From positions 448,001 through 512,000 of the forward strand of contig CAVOYH010000004.1 in assembly GCA_963700635.1 (NCBI GenBank): a DNA stretch of 64,000 nt. The letters run 5' to 3'. The position numbers and the translations under genes were made by a program. Shown here piece after piece: positions 11,395-20,991 of this stretch (positions within the stretch are counted from its first letter, which is position 1; every line of letters starts with the position of its first letter). A model generated the notes under the pieces. The model worked only from the letters and a program-made list of their open reading frames with translations, made no database searches and was not told the origin of the DNA. The DNA is from an uncultured Bacteroidota bacterium (lineage in GTDB: Bacteria > Bacteroidota > Ignavibacteria > UBA10030 > UBA6906).

Positions 11395-11506
11395 AGTATC
11401 TCCGCACATTGAGCAGCAGGGATGAATATACCACCGTCTACGTATCCGCGAAGCAGAGGTTTCAGTGGGTTCAGTGGTATATGCTACACCCGGACATGGA
11501 GGAAAT

Positions 11507-12229
11507 ATGGAGCAACGGTTCGGAAAAGCTGTGGTGGTCCTGTTACTGTCGGCGGTCGTCGGTGTGTGCCACTGCGGCGATCCACAGGTTTCCGGGACGC
11601 CGGATGTCTACAGTAGAAGAAGGGCAGAAATGGTGGATTCGCAGATCGCCGGAAGGGGCATTGCTGATACCGCCGTTCTGAGGGCAATGCGGACTGTCCC
11701 ACGACATCATTTTGTCCACCCCACGGACGCGGCCCTGGCCTATGAGGATCACCCCCTCTCCATCGGATACGGGCAGACGATTTCTCAACCGTACATCGTC
11801 GCTCTGATGACAGAGCTCGTCAGGCCAGCCGGTTTACACCGCGTCCTGGAGATTGGTACGGGCTCAGGCTATCAGGCAGCTGTCCTTGCAGAGCTCGTGG
11901 ATTCGGTGTTCAGCATTGAGATTGTTGAACCGCTGGCGACAACGGCTGCAGATCGACTCGCTCGATTGGGGTATAAGAACATCGTTGTGCGCCGGGGTGA
12001 CGGATACGCCGGCTGGGTAGAGAAAGCTCCGTTTGACGCGATCGTGGTTACTGCCGCGGCGCCCACAATCCCACAACCACTGGTAGACCAGCTTCGGGAA
12101 GGCGGACGGATGGTAATCCCGCGCGGGGAGGAGTCATCGGTGCAACAACTCCTCCTGCTGGAAAAACGAAACGGAACAGTAACAGAGCACGTTGTGTTGC
12201 CCGTGCGATTCGTCCCCCTTGTACACTAA
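11507..12229 (+). CDS. pcm: Protein-L-isoaspartate(D-aspartate) O-methyltransferase
   Basis: VPRHHFV, AYEDHPLSIGYGQTISQPYIVALMT, VLEIGTGSGYQAAVLA, GDGYAGW..APFDAIVVTAAA, VRFVPL. GGAGGA RBS before ATG 11507. Confidence 0.95.
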   Translation: MEQRFGKAVVVLLLSAVVGVCHCGDPQVSGTPDVYSRRRAEMVDSQIAGRGIADTAVLRAMRTVPRHHFVHPTDAALAYEDHPLSIGYGQTISQPYIVALMTELVRPAGLHRVLEIGTGSGYQAAVLAELVDSVFSIEIVEPLATTAADRLARLGYKNIVVRRGDGYAGWVEKAPFDAIVVTAAAPTIPQPLVDQLREGGRMVIPRGEESSVQQLLLLEKRNGTVTEHVVLPVRFVPLVH

Positions 12230-12308
12230 AGGGACGGTATCAGACCCGACAAATTGGTATATTAGACACACATTTCCTTGATTCGTTCCATGCACAAAGG
12301 AGTCCGGC

Positions 12309-13961
12309 ATGCGTGTTCATCGTAAGATCTTCTATCTGCTCTCTGTGTACTTCCTGCTGATCTGGTCAGAACCGGCCTCTTTGCTTCGGGCCTGCACGAA
12401 TATCCTCGTGACAAAAGGAGCCTCGAAGGACGGATCGACGATGATCACCTATGCCGCTGATTCTCATACGCTGTACGGTGAATTGTACTTCCGGCCCGCC
12501 GCGGATTATCCGGCCGGAACCATGATGGATATCATTGACTGGGATTCCGGAAAGTTTCTGGGCCGGATCCCTCAGGCACGGCACACGTTCTCCGTGGTCG
12601 GGAATATGAACGAACACCAGGTTTCCATCGGAGAAACGACGTTCGGAGGGCGGCCGGAGCTCGTGGACAGTACGGGGATCATCGATTACGGGAGTCTGAT
12701 GTATATCGCGCTGCAGCGTTCCCGCAGCGCCCGGGAGGCGATCCACGTGATGACATCCCTCGTTGCAGAATTTGGCTATAACAGCTCTGGCGAGTCGTTT
12801 TCGATAAGCGATCCTCAGGAAGTCTGGATTCTGGAGATGATCGGAAAAGGGCCGGGACAGAAGGGAGCCGTTTGGGTGGCTCGCCGTATTCCCGATGGGT
12901 ACATCGCCGGACACGCAAATCATGCACGAATCATGACGTTCCCGCGTGGAGATACTCTGAACTGCCTGTATGCGTCCGATGTGATCAGTGTCGCCCGCGC
13001 ACGGGGCTATTTTACAGGCAAGGATGACGAGTTCAGTTTCTCAGACGCGTATGCGCCCCTTGATTTTAGTGCAGCACGTTTTTGCGAAGCACGTGTGTGG
13101 GCGGTCTTCAACCGAGTTTCGAGCGGGATGGAGAAATATATCAGCTATGCCCGTGGGAGTGACCTGACGAACCGGATGCCGCTCTGGATCAAACCCGACA
13201 AGAAACTCTCCACCCGTGATGTGATGGAACTCATGCGTGACTACTACCAGGGGACGGAATTTGATATGAGCAAGGATGCAGGCGCCGGTGCCTTTGGATG
13301 TCCGTACCGCTGGCGCCCCCTTACCTGGAAGGTGGATTCTGTCACCTATCTGAACGAACGGGCAATCGCAACCCAACAAACCGGTTTTTCATTTGTTGCA
13401 CAGGCACGCTCGTGGCTTCCCGACCACATCGGCGGCATTCTCTGGTTCGGGGTAGATGACATTTATCATACGGTGTACACCCCGATGTACTGCAGCATGA
13501 CCCGGGTGCCCCATGCGTTTGCAGAGGGAAATGGCGCTATGATGGAGTTTTCGGACGACGCGGCATTCTGGGTGTTTAATCAGGTCTCCAATCTCTCGTA
13601 CACCCGTTTTGATACCATCAGCGTGGATATCAGAGTGAAACAGGCGGAAATTGAAGGCAAATATCTGGCGCTGACTCCTGCCATTGACAACGCAGCTTTG
13701 TCGTTGACAAAACAGAACAGGGAGCAGGCAATTCAGTTTCTGACAGAGTATTCCGTAGGTCAGGGTGAGTCTACCCTTCGTGAATGGAAACAACTCTACC
13801 GATCACTTTTTGTAACCTACATGGATGGAAACATCAAGACGAAGGTTCCAAATCAGTTGAATCCGAAGGTGAAACAGCCCGGATATGGACCGGCATGGTA
13901 CCGCAAAGTGTCCGAAGAGACGGGGAACAAACTCAAGGTGGTCAGTGGAGCGGGGCACTAG
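12309..13961 (+). CDS. C69-family dipeptidase (Ntn hydrolase), exported
   Basis: Signal peptide followed by CTNILVTKGASKDGS (N-terminal Cys nucleophile), NMNEHQVSIGETTFGGR, ALQRSRSAREAI, HANHARI. Confidence 0.88.
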   Translation: MRVHRKIFYLLSVYFLLIWSEPASLLRACTNILVTKGASKDGSTMITYAADSHTLYGELYFRPAADYPAGTMMDIIDWDSGKFLGRIPQARHTFSVVGNMNEHQVSIGETTFGGRPELVDSTGIIDYGSLMYIALQRSRSAREAIHVMTSLVAEFGYNSSGESFSISDPQEVWILEMIGKGPGQKGAVWVARRIPDGYIAGHANHARIMTFPRGDTLNCLYASDVISVARARGYFTGKDDEFSFSDAYAPLDFSAARFCEARVWAVFNRVSSGMEKYISYARGSDLTNRMPLWIKPDKKLSTRDVMELMRDYYQGTEFDMSKDAGAGAFGCPYRWRPLTWKVDSVTYLNERAIATQQTGFSFVAQARSWLPDHIGGILWFGVDDIYHTVYTPMYCSMTRVPHAFAEGNGAMMEFSDDAAFWVFNQVSNLSYTRFDTISVDIRVKQAEIEGKYLALTPAIDNAALSLTKQNREQAIQFLTEYSVGQGESTLREWKQLYRSLFVTYMDGNIKTKVPNQLNPKVKQPGYGPAWYRKVSEETGNKLKVVSGAGH

Positions 13962-14028
13962 GGTCAGACGAAAAAGAAAGTGGCTGGCACTATAGGACGG
14001 GGCGTTAGCTCCCAACTGGTTACAAACC

Positions 14029-14061
14029 GGCTGGCACCATCAGGATAGAGGGTGCCAGCCA
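14029..14061. terminator. Hairpin between convergent genes, likely bidirectional terminator
   Basis: GGCTGGCACC-N12-GGTGCCAGCC perfect 10-bp stem. Confidence 0.55.
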
Positions 14062-14169
14062 GTCGACAAAGACACACTTCAGTACATCAACTTCTTTCGG
14101 ACATCACACAACAACAGTGCCATTCCCCACACAAACAGCGCCGATGCGGCTCAGGTCAGGCGCGTTGTC

Positions 14170-15948
14170 TTATTTCATCAGGACCATCGTCCGCGTCTGC
14201 ATGAACCCGGCTGCCTGAAGGCGGTAGAGGTACACTCCGCTTGCACGTGTTGAGGCGTCAAACGTCAGCGTGTGTGGGCCCGCATCCTTCTGCCCGTCCA
14301 GCAACGTTACAACTTCCCGCCCCAGGAGATCGTACACGCTCAGCTTCACGGGCCCGCTCTGGCCCAGATGGAACGCGATCGTTGTGGACGGATTAAACGG
14401 ATTCGGATAATTTTGATTGAGAGCGTATGTTCCCGGCACCACCTCAGCATCCGGGACATCAAGCGCGAGGTCGACCGCATCAAAGTATACATCCTGAGGT
14501 CCATACCCGACATACGCGACATTTCCCCTGTACGAAGTCCCGCCCAGATCACGGTCATGACCGACTACCGGAATAACGGTTCCTGTAGGCCTGAATTGGC
14601 TCACGGCCCGGGGCGTCGCGGAATACAACCCGGAAAGTTTGTCCATTACAGCTTTATAGTAAATAACGTCGGAGCCCTCGCTGGACCGGTATGCAGTTCG
14701 CCAGTAGTATCCGGCTGCCCATGGAGCATAGGCTACGGAGGTCAATTCTTCGTTGTCCGTTGACGTTGCGATACTGTCACGCGTGAAGGTCCTGAAAAGG
14801 TCCGTGGAGTACAGGTACATTGCATCGTTATATGTTGGCGCGCCGGTGGCCCGCGTGTAGGTGATCATCGCATTACCCCTGACCGGATCAATAGCCAGCG
14901 ATGGGTCAAAGTCGTCCTTCGGGGTACTGGGGTACGAAATGGTCCATGAAGCTGGGAATGTAAAAGAGTTGCGTGCAACCCTGATCGATCTGGATGGAGC
15001 GGCAAAGCGTGTGAACGCGACAACCAGGCTGTCGGGAGATGTGCTCCAGTCGATTGCGATTGTGGGAGTAGCCTCCTGAAATCCTCTTACCGTGGTATCG
15101 GGCGTTAGCCAGTTTTTCCCCCAGTTGGTCGTCCGTGTGATCAATAACCCCCGTGACAGATCGGTCGACGGGGTAATGTACTCTGTGGCAATGTAGTGAT
15201 ATGTCATCGACGGCGTGAACAGTGTTCCATCGGTGCAGATGCTGGGATTGCGGTAGTTGGTCGACGCATCTGCGGCGTCAATAAGGGTGTATCTCCAATT
15301 TGACCCATTGCTCAACATGCTTCCCCAGTAGAGATGTCCGCCACCGTTACTACTGAGATCACTCTTGGTTATAAAGACAAAACCCAGCAGCCATGTTCCT
15401 GCAGATGAGTCAGTCACGCACATATCGAATGATTGGATGGCTCGCCCCGCAGACATGAATCCGCCGACGTAACTCCAGGTGCGCCCGCCGGTCGTGGAGC
15501 GATAGGCCCTGAGGATCGAGAGCGTGTCCTGATATCGTGAATTGATGGCAAGAAATATTCCTCCAAGCGTGTCAACATCAAGTGCGAGCTGGCGTCTGCC
15601 GTGGGAGTACATCGGACCCGTGTAGACTTTGACATCATCTCCCCAGAGAGGCCCGGCAGCTGCATCAAATGTGTCATCCCGGTTGTCCTGGTACACCGGT
15701 GGCGCCGCGTCCGGGGGGAGTGATGGCAGGGTCTGGCAGATATCCCGCTCCAGTTCACGAACCCGGGTGATGTCTCCGGCTTTACGCGCCAGCGACAACT
15801 CCTTTGTCAGCCGGTGCAGGTTGTCAGATGCAGGTACTGCTGATGTAGCTTGATCACTGCGCAGTTCCTCATGAGTCTGCGGTGCGGCATATGCTCCGCA
15901 TAGCGCCACGCAAACCAGAAACACGACGACCAAGCGTAACCGTGTCAT
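14170..15948 (-). CDS. Secreted BNR/Asp-box beta-propeller protein with T9SS type A C-terminal sorting domain
   Basis: Signal peptide after a GGAGGA RBS. Asp-box-like YRSTTGGRTW, RTTNWGKNW and YSTDLFRTF. C-terminus YALNQNYPNPFNPSTTI...VYDLLGREV...ASGVYLYRL...MVLMK. Confidence 0.85.
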   Translation of the reverse strand: MTRLRLVVVFLVCVALCGAYAAPQTHEELRSDQATSAVPASDNLHRLTKELSLARKAGDITRVRELERDICQTLPSLPPDAAPPVYQDNRDDTFDAAAGPLWGDDVKVYTGPMYSHGRRQLALDVDTLGGIFLAINSRYQDTLSILRAYRSTTGGRTWSYVGGFMSAGRAIQSFDMCVTDSSAGTWLLGFVFITKSDLSSNGGGHLYWGSMLSNGSNWRYTLIDAADASTNYRNPSICTDGTLFTPSMTYHYIATEYITPSTDLSRGLLITRTTNWGKNWLTPDTTVRGFQEATPTIAIDWSTSPDSLVVAFTRFAAPSRSIRVARNSFTFPASWTISYPSTPKDDFDPSLAIDPVRGNAMITYTRATGAPTYNDAMYLYSTDLFRTFTRDSIATSTDNEELTSVAYAPWAAGYYWRTAYRSSEGSDVIYYKAVMDKLSGLYSATPRAVSQFRPTGTVIPVVGHDRDLGGTSYRGNVAYVGYGPQDVYFDAVDLALDVPDAEVVPGTYALNQNYPNPFNPSTTIAFHLGQSGPVKLSVYDLLGREVVTLLDGQKDAGPHTLTFDASTRASGVYLYRLQAAGFMQTRTMVLMK

Positions 15949-16043
15949 AGGGGAATCCTCCGAATGGTGTGGTAAAAGCGTGGAGAAGGAGTCGTTCGAA
16001 ATGCTTCTCATGTATATAGTACGCAAGCGAACGCAAGTGAAAC

Positions 16044-16063
16044 AATACCGCATTCGCGGTATT
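16044..16063. promoter_or_regulatory. Palindromic operator (NarL-family 7-2-7 geometry) upstream of the T9SS cargo gene
   Basis: AATACCGC-ATTC-GCGGTATT, just upstream of a candidate minus-strand promoter TTCACT-N17-TATATA (16041-16013). Confidence 0.55.
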
Positions 16064-16108
16064 TCGTGCTGTGTGAGCCAGTGGGAGCGTACGACGGAAG
16101 AATAAATC

Positions 16109-16771
16109 TTAGAGCAGGTGTTCGTTCAGGGCCTTTGCGACGGCGCCCGTACGGGTGTGTACGTGCAGTTTGGCATAGATGTTCTTGATATGCGTGTCGA
16201 TCGTGTGATAACTGAGGATCAATTCGCCTGCAATTTGCTTCTTTGTCAGCCCATCTACCATAAGTTTCAGAATATCATGCTCCCGATGGGTAAGCGGACT
16301 GGGTGTACGGGGTCCCGCCAGCTGCGTAAACATCGTCAGCACTTTGCGCGCAATCTGGCCATTAATGGGCGCGCTGCCCTTAAACACTTCCAGCATCGCG
16401 CTGATGATCTCCTCAGGCGGAGAACTCTTCAGAAGATATCCGGAGGCCCCTGCGCAAAGCGCGTCAAAAACCTTCTCATCGTCCTCGTGAATTGTCAGAA
16501 TTATTACGCGGGTGGCGGGAGAGATCTCACGGACCTTCATGGTCCCATCAATGCCGTTCATGCCGGGAAGGCCGATATCCATGAGGATCACATCCGGTGC
16601 GGCTTCCGTATCCAGTGCCCGCAAGGCATCCTCACACCGCGAATATGTATGCTCACAACGGATGCCCTCCACATCATGCAAAAGGCCTGTGATGGTCTTC
16701 CGATAAAGGCTGTCGTCCTCTACAACCCAGAGTTCCTTTTCCTCTACAGGCGGAGTTGTTCTTCTCGGCAT
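16109..16771 (-). CDS. NarL/LuxR-family response regulator
   Basis: VVEDD, PDVILMDIGLPGMNG, GASGYLLK, HTH LTHREHDILKLMVDG...TIDTHIKNIYAKLHV. Confidence 0.95.
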   Translation of the reverse strand: MPRRTTPPVEEKELWVVEDDSLYRKTITGLLHDVEGIRCEHTYSRCEDALRALDTEAAPDVILMDIGLPGMNGIDGTMKVREISPATRVIILTIHEDDEKVFDALCAGASGYLLKSSPPEEIISAMLEVFKGSAPINGQIARKVLTMFTQLAGPRTPSPLTHREHDILKLMVDGLTKKQIAGELILSYHTIDTHIKNIYAKLHVHTRTGAVAKALNEHLL

Positions 16772-16861
16772 TGTGTGCTTGCCCCAGATTGACGATTCTA
16801 TTGCGGGAAGGGCAGTTCTATTCCAATGTATACAGATCATCCTCCCGAAACGATACCGTAT

Positions 16862-19800
16862 TTACGGTAATTTTACCTCCAGCGAAACAATCGTCCCTTT
16901 CTCCGGGCTGCTGGTCACGATGAGGGGGGCTCCCAGTCGTTCCGCCCTTCTTCGCATCGTGGTAAGCCCGTTTCCGGCGGTTGGCAGTTGAGGGTCAAAG
17001 CCCCTCCCGTTATCTGAAACCTGCAACGAGAGGTGTCCCTGCCGTTCTCCAAGCTGAATCGATACTCGCGTTGCGCCGGCGTGCCGGACGACATTGCTCA
17101 GAGCCTCCTTGTACAACAGCACAAGATCTCGGCGAAAAGTCATCGGGAGCCGCTTTGAAACGGCACGGTCATCCACCTGAAAGGTGTATTCCATTCCGGC
17201 CAGAAGTTTGGCGGCGATACCCTGCATACGATCTCTCATGTTATCTGTTGTGTCGTGCTCGGGATTGACAAACCAGACAATATCTCGCAGCGAGTCCGAC
17301 GTCGTGCGTGCGGCGCGGCTTATATCCTGCAGCTGATCGGCAACCGTCGCCGTGTCCGCGAGACGTCTGCGCACGAGATCTGCAAGGACGGCTATGCTGG
17401 CAAGATTACTTCCGATCTCGTCGTGAAGGTCTGCGGCGATGTTCAGACGCATCCGTTCGACTCTTAACAACGATGCGACACGAAGCCGGTAGGCGATGGT
17501 AATCCCGGCGATGCAGAAAAGCCCAATACCTATCCGGAACCATAACGTCTTCCAGAACGGAGGTGAGATCGTAATCCGCATGGATACGCCCGAATTATTC
17601 CAGATCCCATCGTTGTTCGCCCCGCGGATCCGGAAGACGTACTGTCCGGGCTCAATATTCGTATAACTCGCCATCCGTCGTGTTCCTGCCATCACCCACG
17701 TCTTGTCTATCCCTTCAAGGATGTACGCGTAGGTATTACGATCAGGGAGTGAGAAATCCAGAGCTGCATATTCGAAGGAGAAGAAGTTGTCCTCGTAGCT
17801 CAGCGTAAGGGCGTCGGTTGCGAAGGGTGCGAGGTGGTGCTGGAGAGGCCGGTCAAATACCCGGAACCCCGTAATGACGATGGGGGGAACATGCGGATTT
17901 GTTCTGATGTCTCCAGGACGGACACTATTAAAGCCATTCACTCCGCCGAAAAACAACGTACCATCAGGGCCCAGACATGCCGCGTTGTAGTTAAACTCAT
18001 CCGCCTGGAGGCCATCGTGTTTTGTGAAGTTCTCAAATGTCGACTTCACCGGATCAAAACAGGAGATCCCCTGGTTCGTGCTGAGCCAGAGTTTCCCCTC
18101 CGCATCTTCGAGCACGGCGTACACCACGTTGTTCGGGAGACCCTGGTGTACGGTGAAGTGAACACACTCTCCGGAAACGGGGTCCAGTTTGTTCAAACCG
18201 CCCCCGAATGTCCCCACCCAGAAGGTGCCGCTTGTGCTGGGAAGAATCGCCTGAACATAGTTGCTGCTCAGACTGCGCGGGTTAGCCGGATGTTTCCGAA
18301 AACTGGTAAAGGATTCGGTGGCAGCATCATAGCGGCCGATCCCTCCGCGTGCCGTTCCGACCCAGAGGGTGCCGGATTGATCGACCGCAAGAGAACGGAT
18401 GTCATCGTCGGGCAGACTCGAAGGATCTTTGCTGTCGTGGGTGAAAACCTTCAAGATGGAACCGGAAGGGTTGATCATGGCTAACCCGACAATCCAGGTT
18501 CCTACCCAGATGTTCCCATTCCGGTCCTGCTCGATCGCACTGATGTATGCATTCAGCCGTCTCGATGGATTGTCCGGGTCCATCCGGTATCGATGGAACC
18601 GTTCGGTACGGCGGTCAAGTCGTGCCAGCCCTCCGCCGTATGTGCCGACCCAGACAGATCCCTGTGCGTCCGTCATCAGGGCCGACACATAGTCGTGGGG
18701 CAGACTGGCCGGATTTGAAGGGTCGTGGCGGTAGTGGAGGAATGTTCCCGTGCGGGGGTCAAACCGGTTAAGACCACCGTCTTCCGTGCCGATCCACACG
18801 AATCCGGCTGAATCCATGCACATGGCAAAGACCCTTCTTCCGCTCAGAGAGTGAGGCTTTCCTCCGTCAGGAGTGTACAATCCGAACTTCTGGATGTACG
18901 GAGAAGAGACGCATAAGCCATTGGCTGTGCCGAACCACATCACTTCGGCGGCATCTTCGAACAACGCGGTAACAACATCATCGCTGAGCGAAGTTTTCGG
19001 AAAAGGAGAATAGCTGAACCTGGTAAAACTCCGGGATTGCCGGTCAAAGAGGGCAGCACCGTCCCCCACCGTCCCTATCCACAATCTGCCCTTACGATCT
19101 TGATACAGTGACCGGATGATGTCACCCGGGATTGACCGCGTGTCATCCGGGGAGGTTCGAAAATGTTCGAACTTCCGGTGGGAACAGTTTAGCCGATTGA
19201 GTCCCCCCCCCCACGTGCCTACCCACAAGTCTCCGTTATCATCCTCGCAGAGTGAGAGGATCCTGTCATCAGAGATCGATGTGGCGTCCCGGAGATTATG
19301 CCGGAATTCACTTACGGATCCGCTGCGGGGATCGTATGTGAGGAGACCTGTGAAATATGACCCAATCCAGATGATCCCGCTCCTGTCTATCAGCATGCAG
19401 AAGAGATCGTCCCGAGGAGCCGTGGGAAGGGAAGCAAATACGTTGGGCATCCGGGTGAAGGTTCGGGACGCGCGGTCAAGCCGGTTTAGCCCTCCTCCCG
19501 CAGTGCAAATCCAGAGAAATCCGAGGGAATCTTCCGAGATCGCTGTCACGCGGTCATGACTGATCGAAGTGGAGTCCGACGGATCGGTCTGGTACCGGGT
19601 GAATGTGTGATGAACAGGATCATGACAGGTTAGACCACCCCCCCATGTCCCGATCCAGATAAGCCCGTCCCGGTCTTCGTGTAATGCCCAGATGTAACTG
19701 GAGGAGAGCGAATTGGAGTCGATGGGATCGTGCCGGTACGTTACAAAGTTATGACCGTCATACCGATTCAACCCGTCTTCCGTTCCGAACCACATGAACC

Positions 19801-19966
19801 CTCTGTTGTCCTGGATCACACAGAGGACCACGCTTTGTGAAAGTCCTTCGTCGGTTGAGATCCGGTGGAAGAGTAACTCGGAAGGTCGGACTTGTCCGCG
19901 GGCCGTCAAACACGCGCCCAAGAGTGCCGCGACGGGGAGAACTCTGGCGAGGCACGTCAAATACAT
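16862..19966 (-). CDS. Beta-propeller (Reg_prop/Y_Y_Y) sensor histidine kinase, HisKA_3 type
   Basis: About 14 repeats of D..G.lWiGT.gGGL..d, Y_Y_Y domain (YAYILEG...YTNIEPGQYVFRIRGAN), TM PPFWKTLWF, IAADLHDEIGSNL, KEALSNVVRHA, DNGRGF, GNGL. The start could be at 20026. Confidence 0.93.
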   Translation of the reverse strand: MYLTCLARVLPVAALLGACLTARGQVRPSELLFHRISTDEGLSQSVVLCVIQDNRGFMWFGTEDGLNRYDGHNFVTYRHDPIDSNSLSSSYIWALHEDRDGLIWIGTWGGGLTCHDPVHHTFTRYQTDPSDSTSISHDRVTAISEDSLGFLWICTAGGGLNRLDRASRTFTRMPNVFASLPTAPRDDLFCMLIDRSGIIWIGSYFTGLLTYDPRSGSVSEFRHNLRDATSISDDRILSLCEDDNGDLWVGTWGGGLNRLNCSHRKFEHFRTSPDDTRSIPGDIIRSLYQDRKGRLWIGTVGDGAALFDRQSRSFTRFSYSPFPKTSLSDDVVTALFEDAAEVMWFGTANGLCVSSPYIQKFGLYTPDGGKPHSLSGRRVFAMCMDSAGFVWIGTEDGGLNRFDPRTGTFLHYRHDPSNPASLPHDYVSALMTDAQGSVWVGTYGGGLARLDRRTERFHRYRMDPDNPSRRLNAYISAIEQDRNGNIWVGTWIVGLAMINPSGSILKVFTHDSKDPSSLPDDDIRSLAVDQSGTLWVGTARGGIGRYDAATESFTSFRKHPANPRSLSSNYVQAILPSTSGTFWVGTFGGGLNKLDPVSGECVHFTVHQGLPNNVVYAVLEDAEGKLWLSTNQGISCFDPVKSTFENFTKHDGLQADEFNYNAACLGPDGTLFFGGVNGFNSVRPGDIRTNPHVPPIVITGFRVFDRPLQHHLAPFATDALTLSYEDNFFSFEYAALDFSLPDRNTYAYILEGIDKTWVMAGTRRMASYTNIEPGQYVFRIRGANNDGIWNNSGVSMRITISPPFWKTLWFRIGIGLFCIAGITIAYRLRVASLLRVERMRLNIAADLHDEIGSNLASIAVLADLVRRRLADTATVADQLQDISRAARTTSDSLRDIVWFVNPEHDTTDNMRDRMQGIAAKLLAGMEYTFQVDDRAVSKRLPMTFRRDLVLLYKEALSNVVRHAGATRVSIQLGERQGHLSLQVSDNGRGFDPQLPTAGNGLTTMRRRAERLGAPLIVTSSPEKGTIVSLEVKLP

Positions 19967-20109
19967 CTCTGTTTGAGAGAGGATTCTGGACCATCGATCG
20001 GGAAAAGATCTGGGTTCAATGTCCATGGCACCTGCGTTGGTACTTACGGTGGCAGATGCCTTAAGATAGGGGAGGATGGGGGGAATGTCAACTTTTCCCC
20101 TGCGGGCTT

Positions 20110-20991
20110 TTACGCCTTTTTGAAAAGGCCTATATATCCCCATCCAGAATTCGAGAAGTACGGGATCGAATATCGACGAAGGGATGACTCCAGGAGTGCC
20201 TCCGTTCGATCCAGCAGCGTGCGGGGAAGAACACGCAGACGACGCGCGAGTCTGAACTCAAAGCCGAAAGTCATTCCATCAACCCGTTCTAGTCCGTAAC
20301 GGCCGAGGAGTCGTTCGTACGCGGCGATGTCGTACGATTTGTTTGAATACTGACGGTTCTTGAGCATCCAATCCGACCGCGCCGCATATCCGAGTTTCTT
20401 GACTGTAACATCTTCCTCTCTCCTCCGGGAGAAGAGAGAAAGCAACTTCTTACGAAGATGGAAATCAAGGTCTGAGAGGGAGTAGAGATTGGTCACATTG
20501 ATAAGGACATACCCCCCGGGTTTGAGCACCCTCAAGATCTCGGCGAGAGCCTTCTCATCCGCCAGGAGATATCCGAGTACACCGATGCAGAGAACGAGAT
20601 CAAATTGTTTGTCTCCGGCGGGAAGATTTTCAATGTCCCCCAGAAGAAGGTCGACAGTAGGGGTGGATGGCCCCAGGGAGGCAAACCGCCTACTACAGGA
20701 GGCCAGCATTTCCGGAGAGAGGTCTACCCCCGTAGCCCTGTATCCCATCGTGACAAGTTCCTCGAGATATGCGCCGGCTCCGCACCCGATATCGAGTGCG
20801 GTCTGATGAGCCGATTGTGGGACCCCGTGAAGCATGTTGACGGCATACTTTTTCCTGCGCTGGATCAGCCGGGAGAAGTATTCGTCCTTCTTTTCGTAGA
20901 ACTCTCCCTGCCAGGAGGTACTCTCATCGAAAAAGGAACGAACACGCTCCTTCTGGACGGATTCCGTGACGGCGGCAGTGTCTTCACGCAT
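20110..20991 (-). CDS. Class I SAM-dependent methyltransferase
   Basis: ALDIGCGAG, GVDLSPEML, GDIENLP...FDLV, RVLKPGG. Last gene of the left EPS arm. Confidence 0.9.
   Translation of the reverse strand: MREDTAAVTESVQKERVRSFFDESTSWQGEFYEKKDEYFSRLIQRRKKYAVNMLHGVPQSAHQTALDIGCGAGAYLEELVTMGYRATGVDLSPEMLASCSRRFASLGPSTPTVDLLLGDIENLPAGDKQFDLVLCIGVLGYLLADEKALAEILRVLKPGGYVLINVTNLYSLSDLDFHLRKKLLSLFSRRREEDVTVKKLGYAARSDWMLKNRQYSNKSYDIAAYERLLGRYGLERVDGMTFGFEFRLARRLRVLPRTLLDRTEALLESSLRRYSIPYFSNSGWGYIGLFKKA

Noticed and set aside
11461-11477. TTCAGTGG direct repeat in the divergent Omp85/pcm spacer
   Set aside because: Only two short copies and no associated regulator, so it could be chance.
17900-19850. 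Recurrent motifs across the large kinase gene
   Set aside because: Explained by standard beta-propeller blade repeats.
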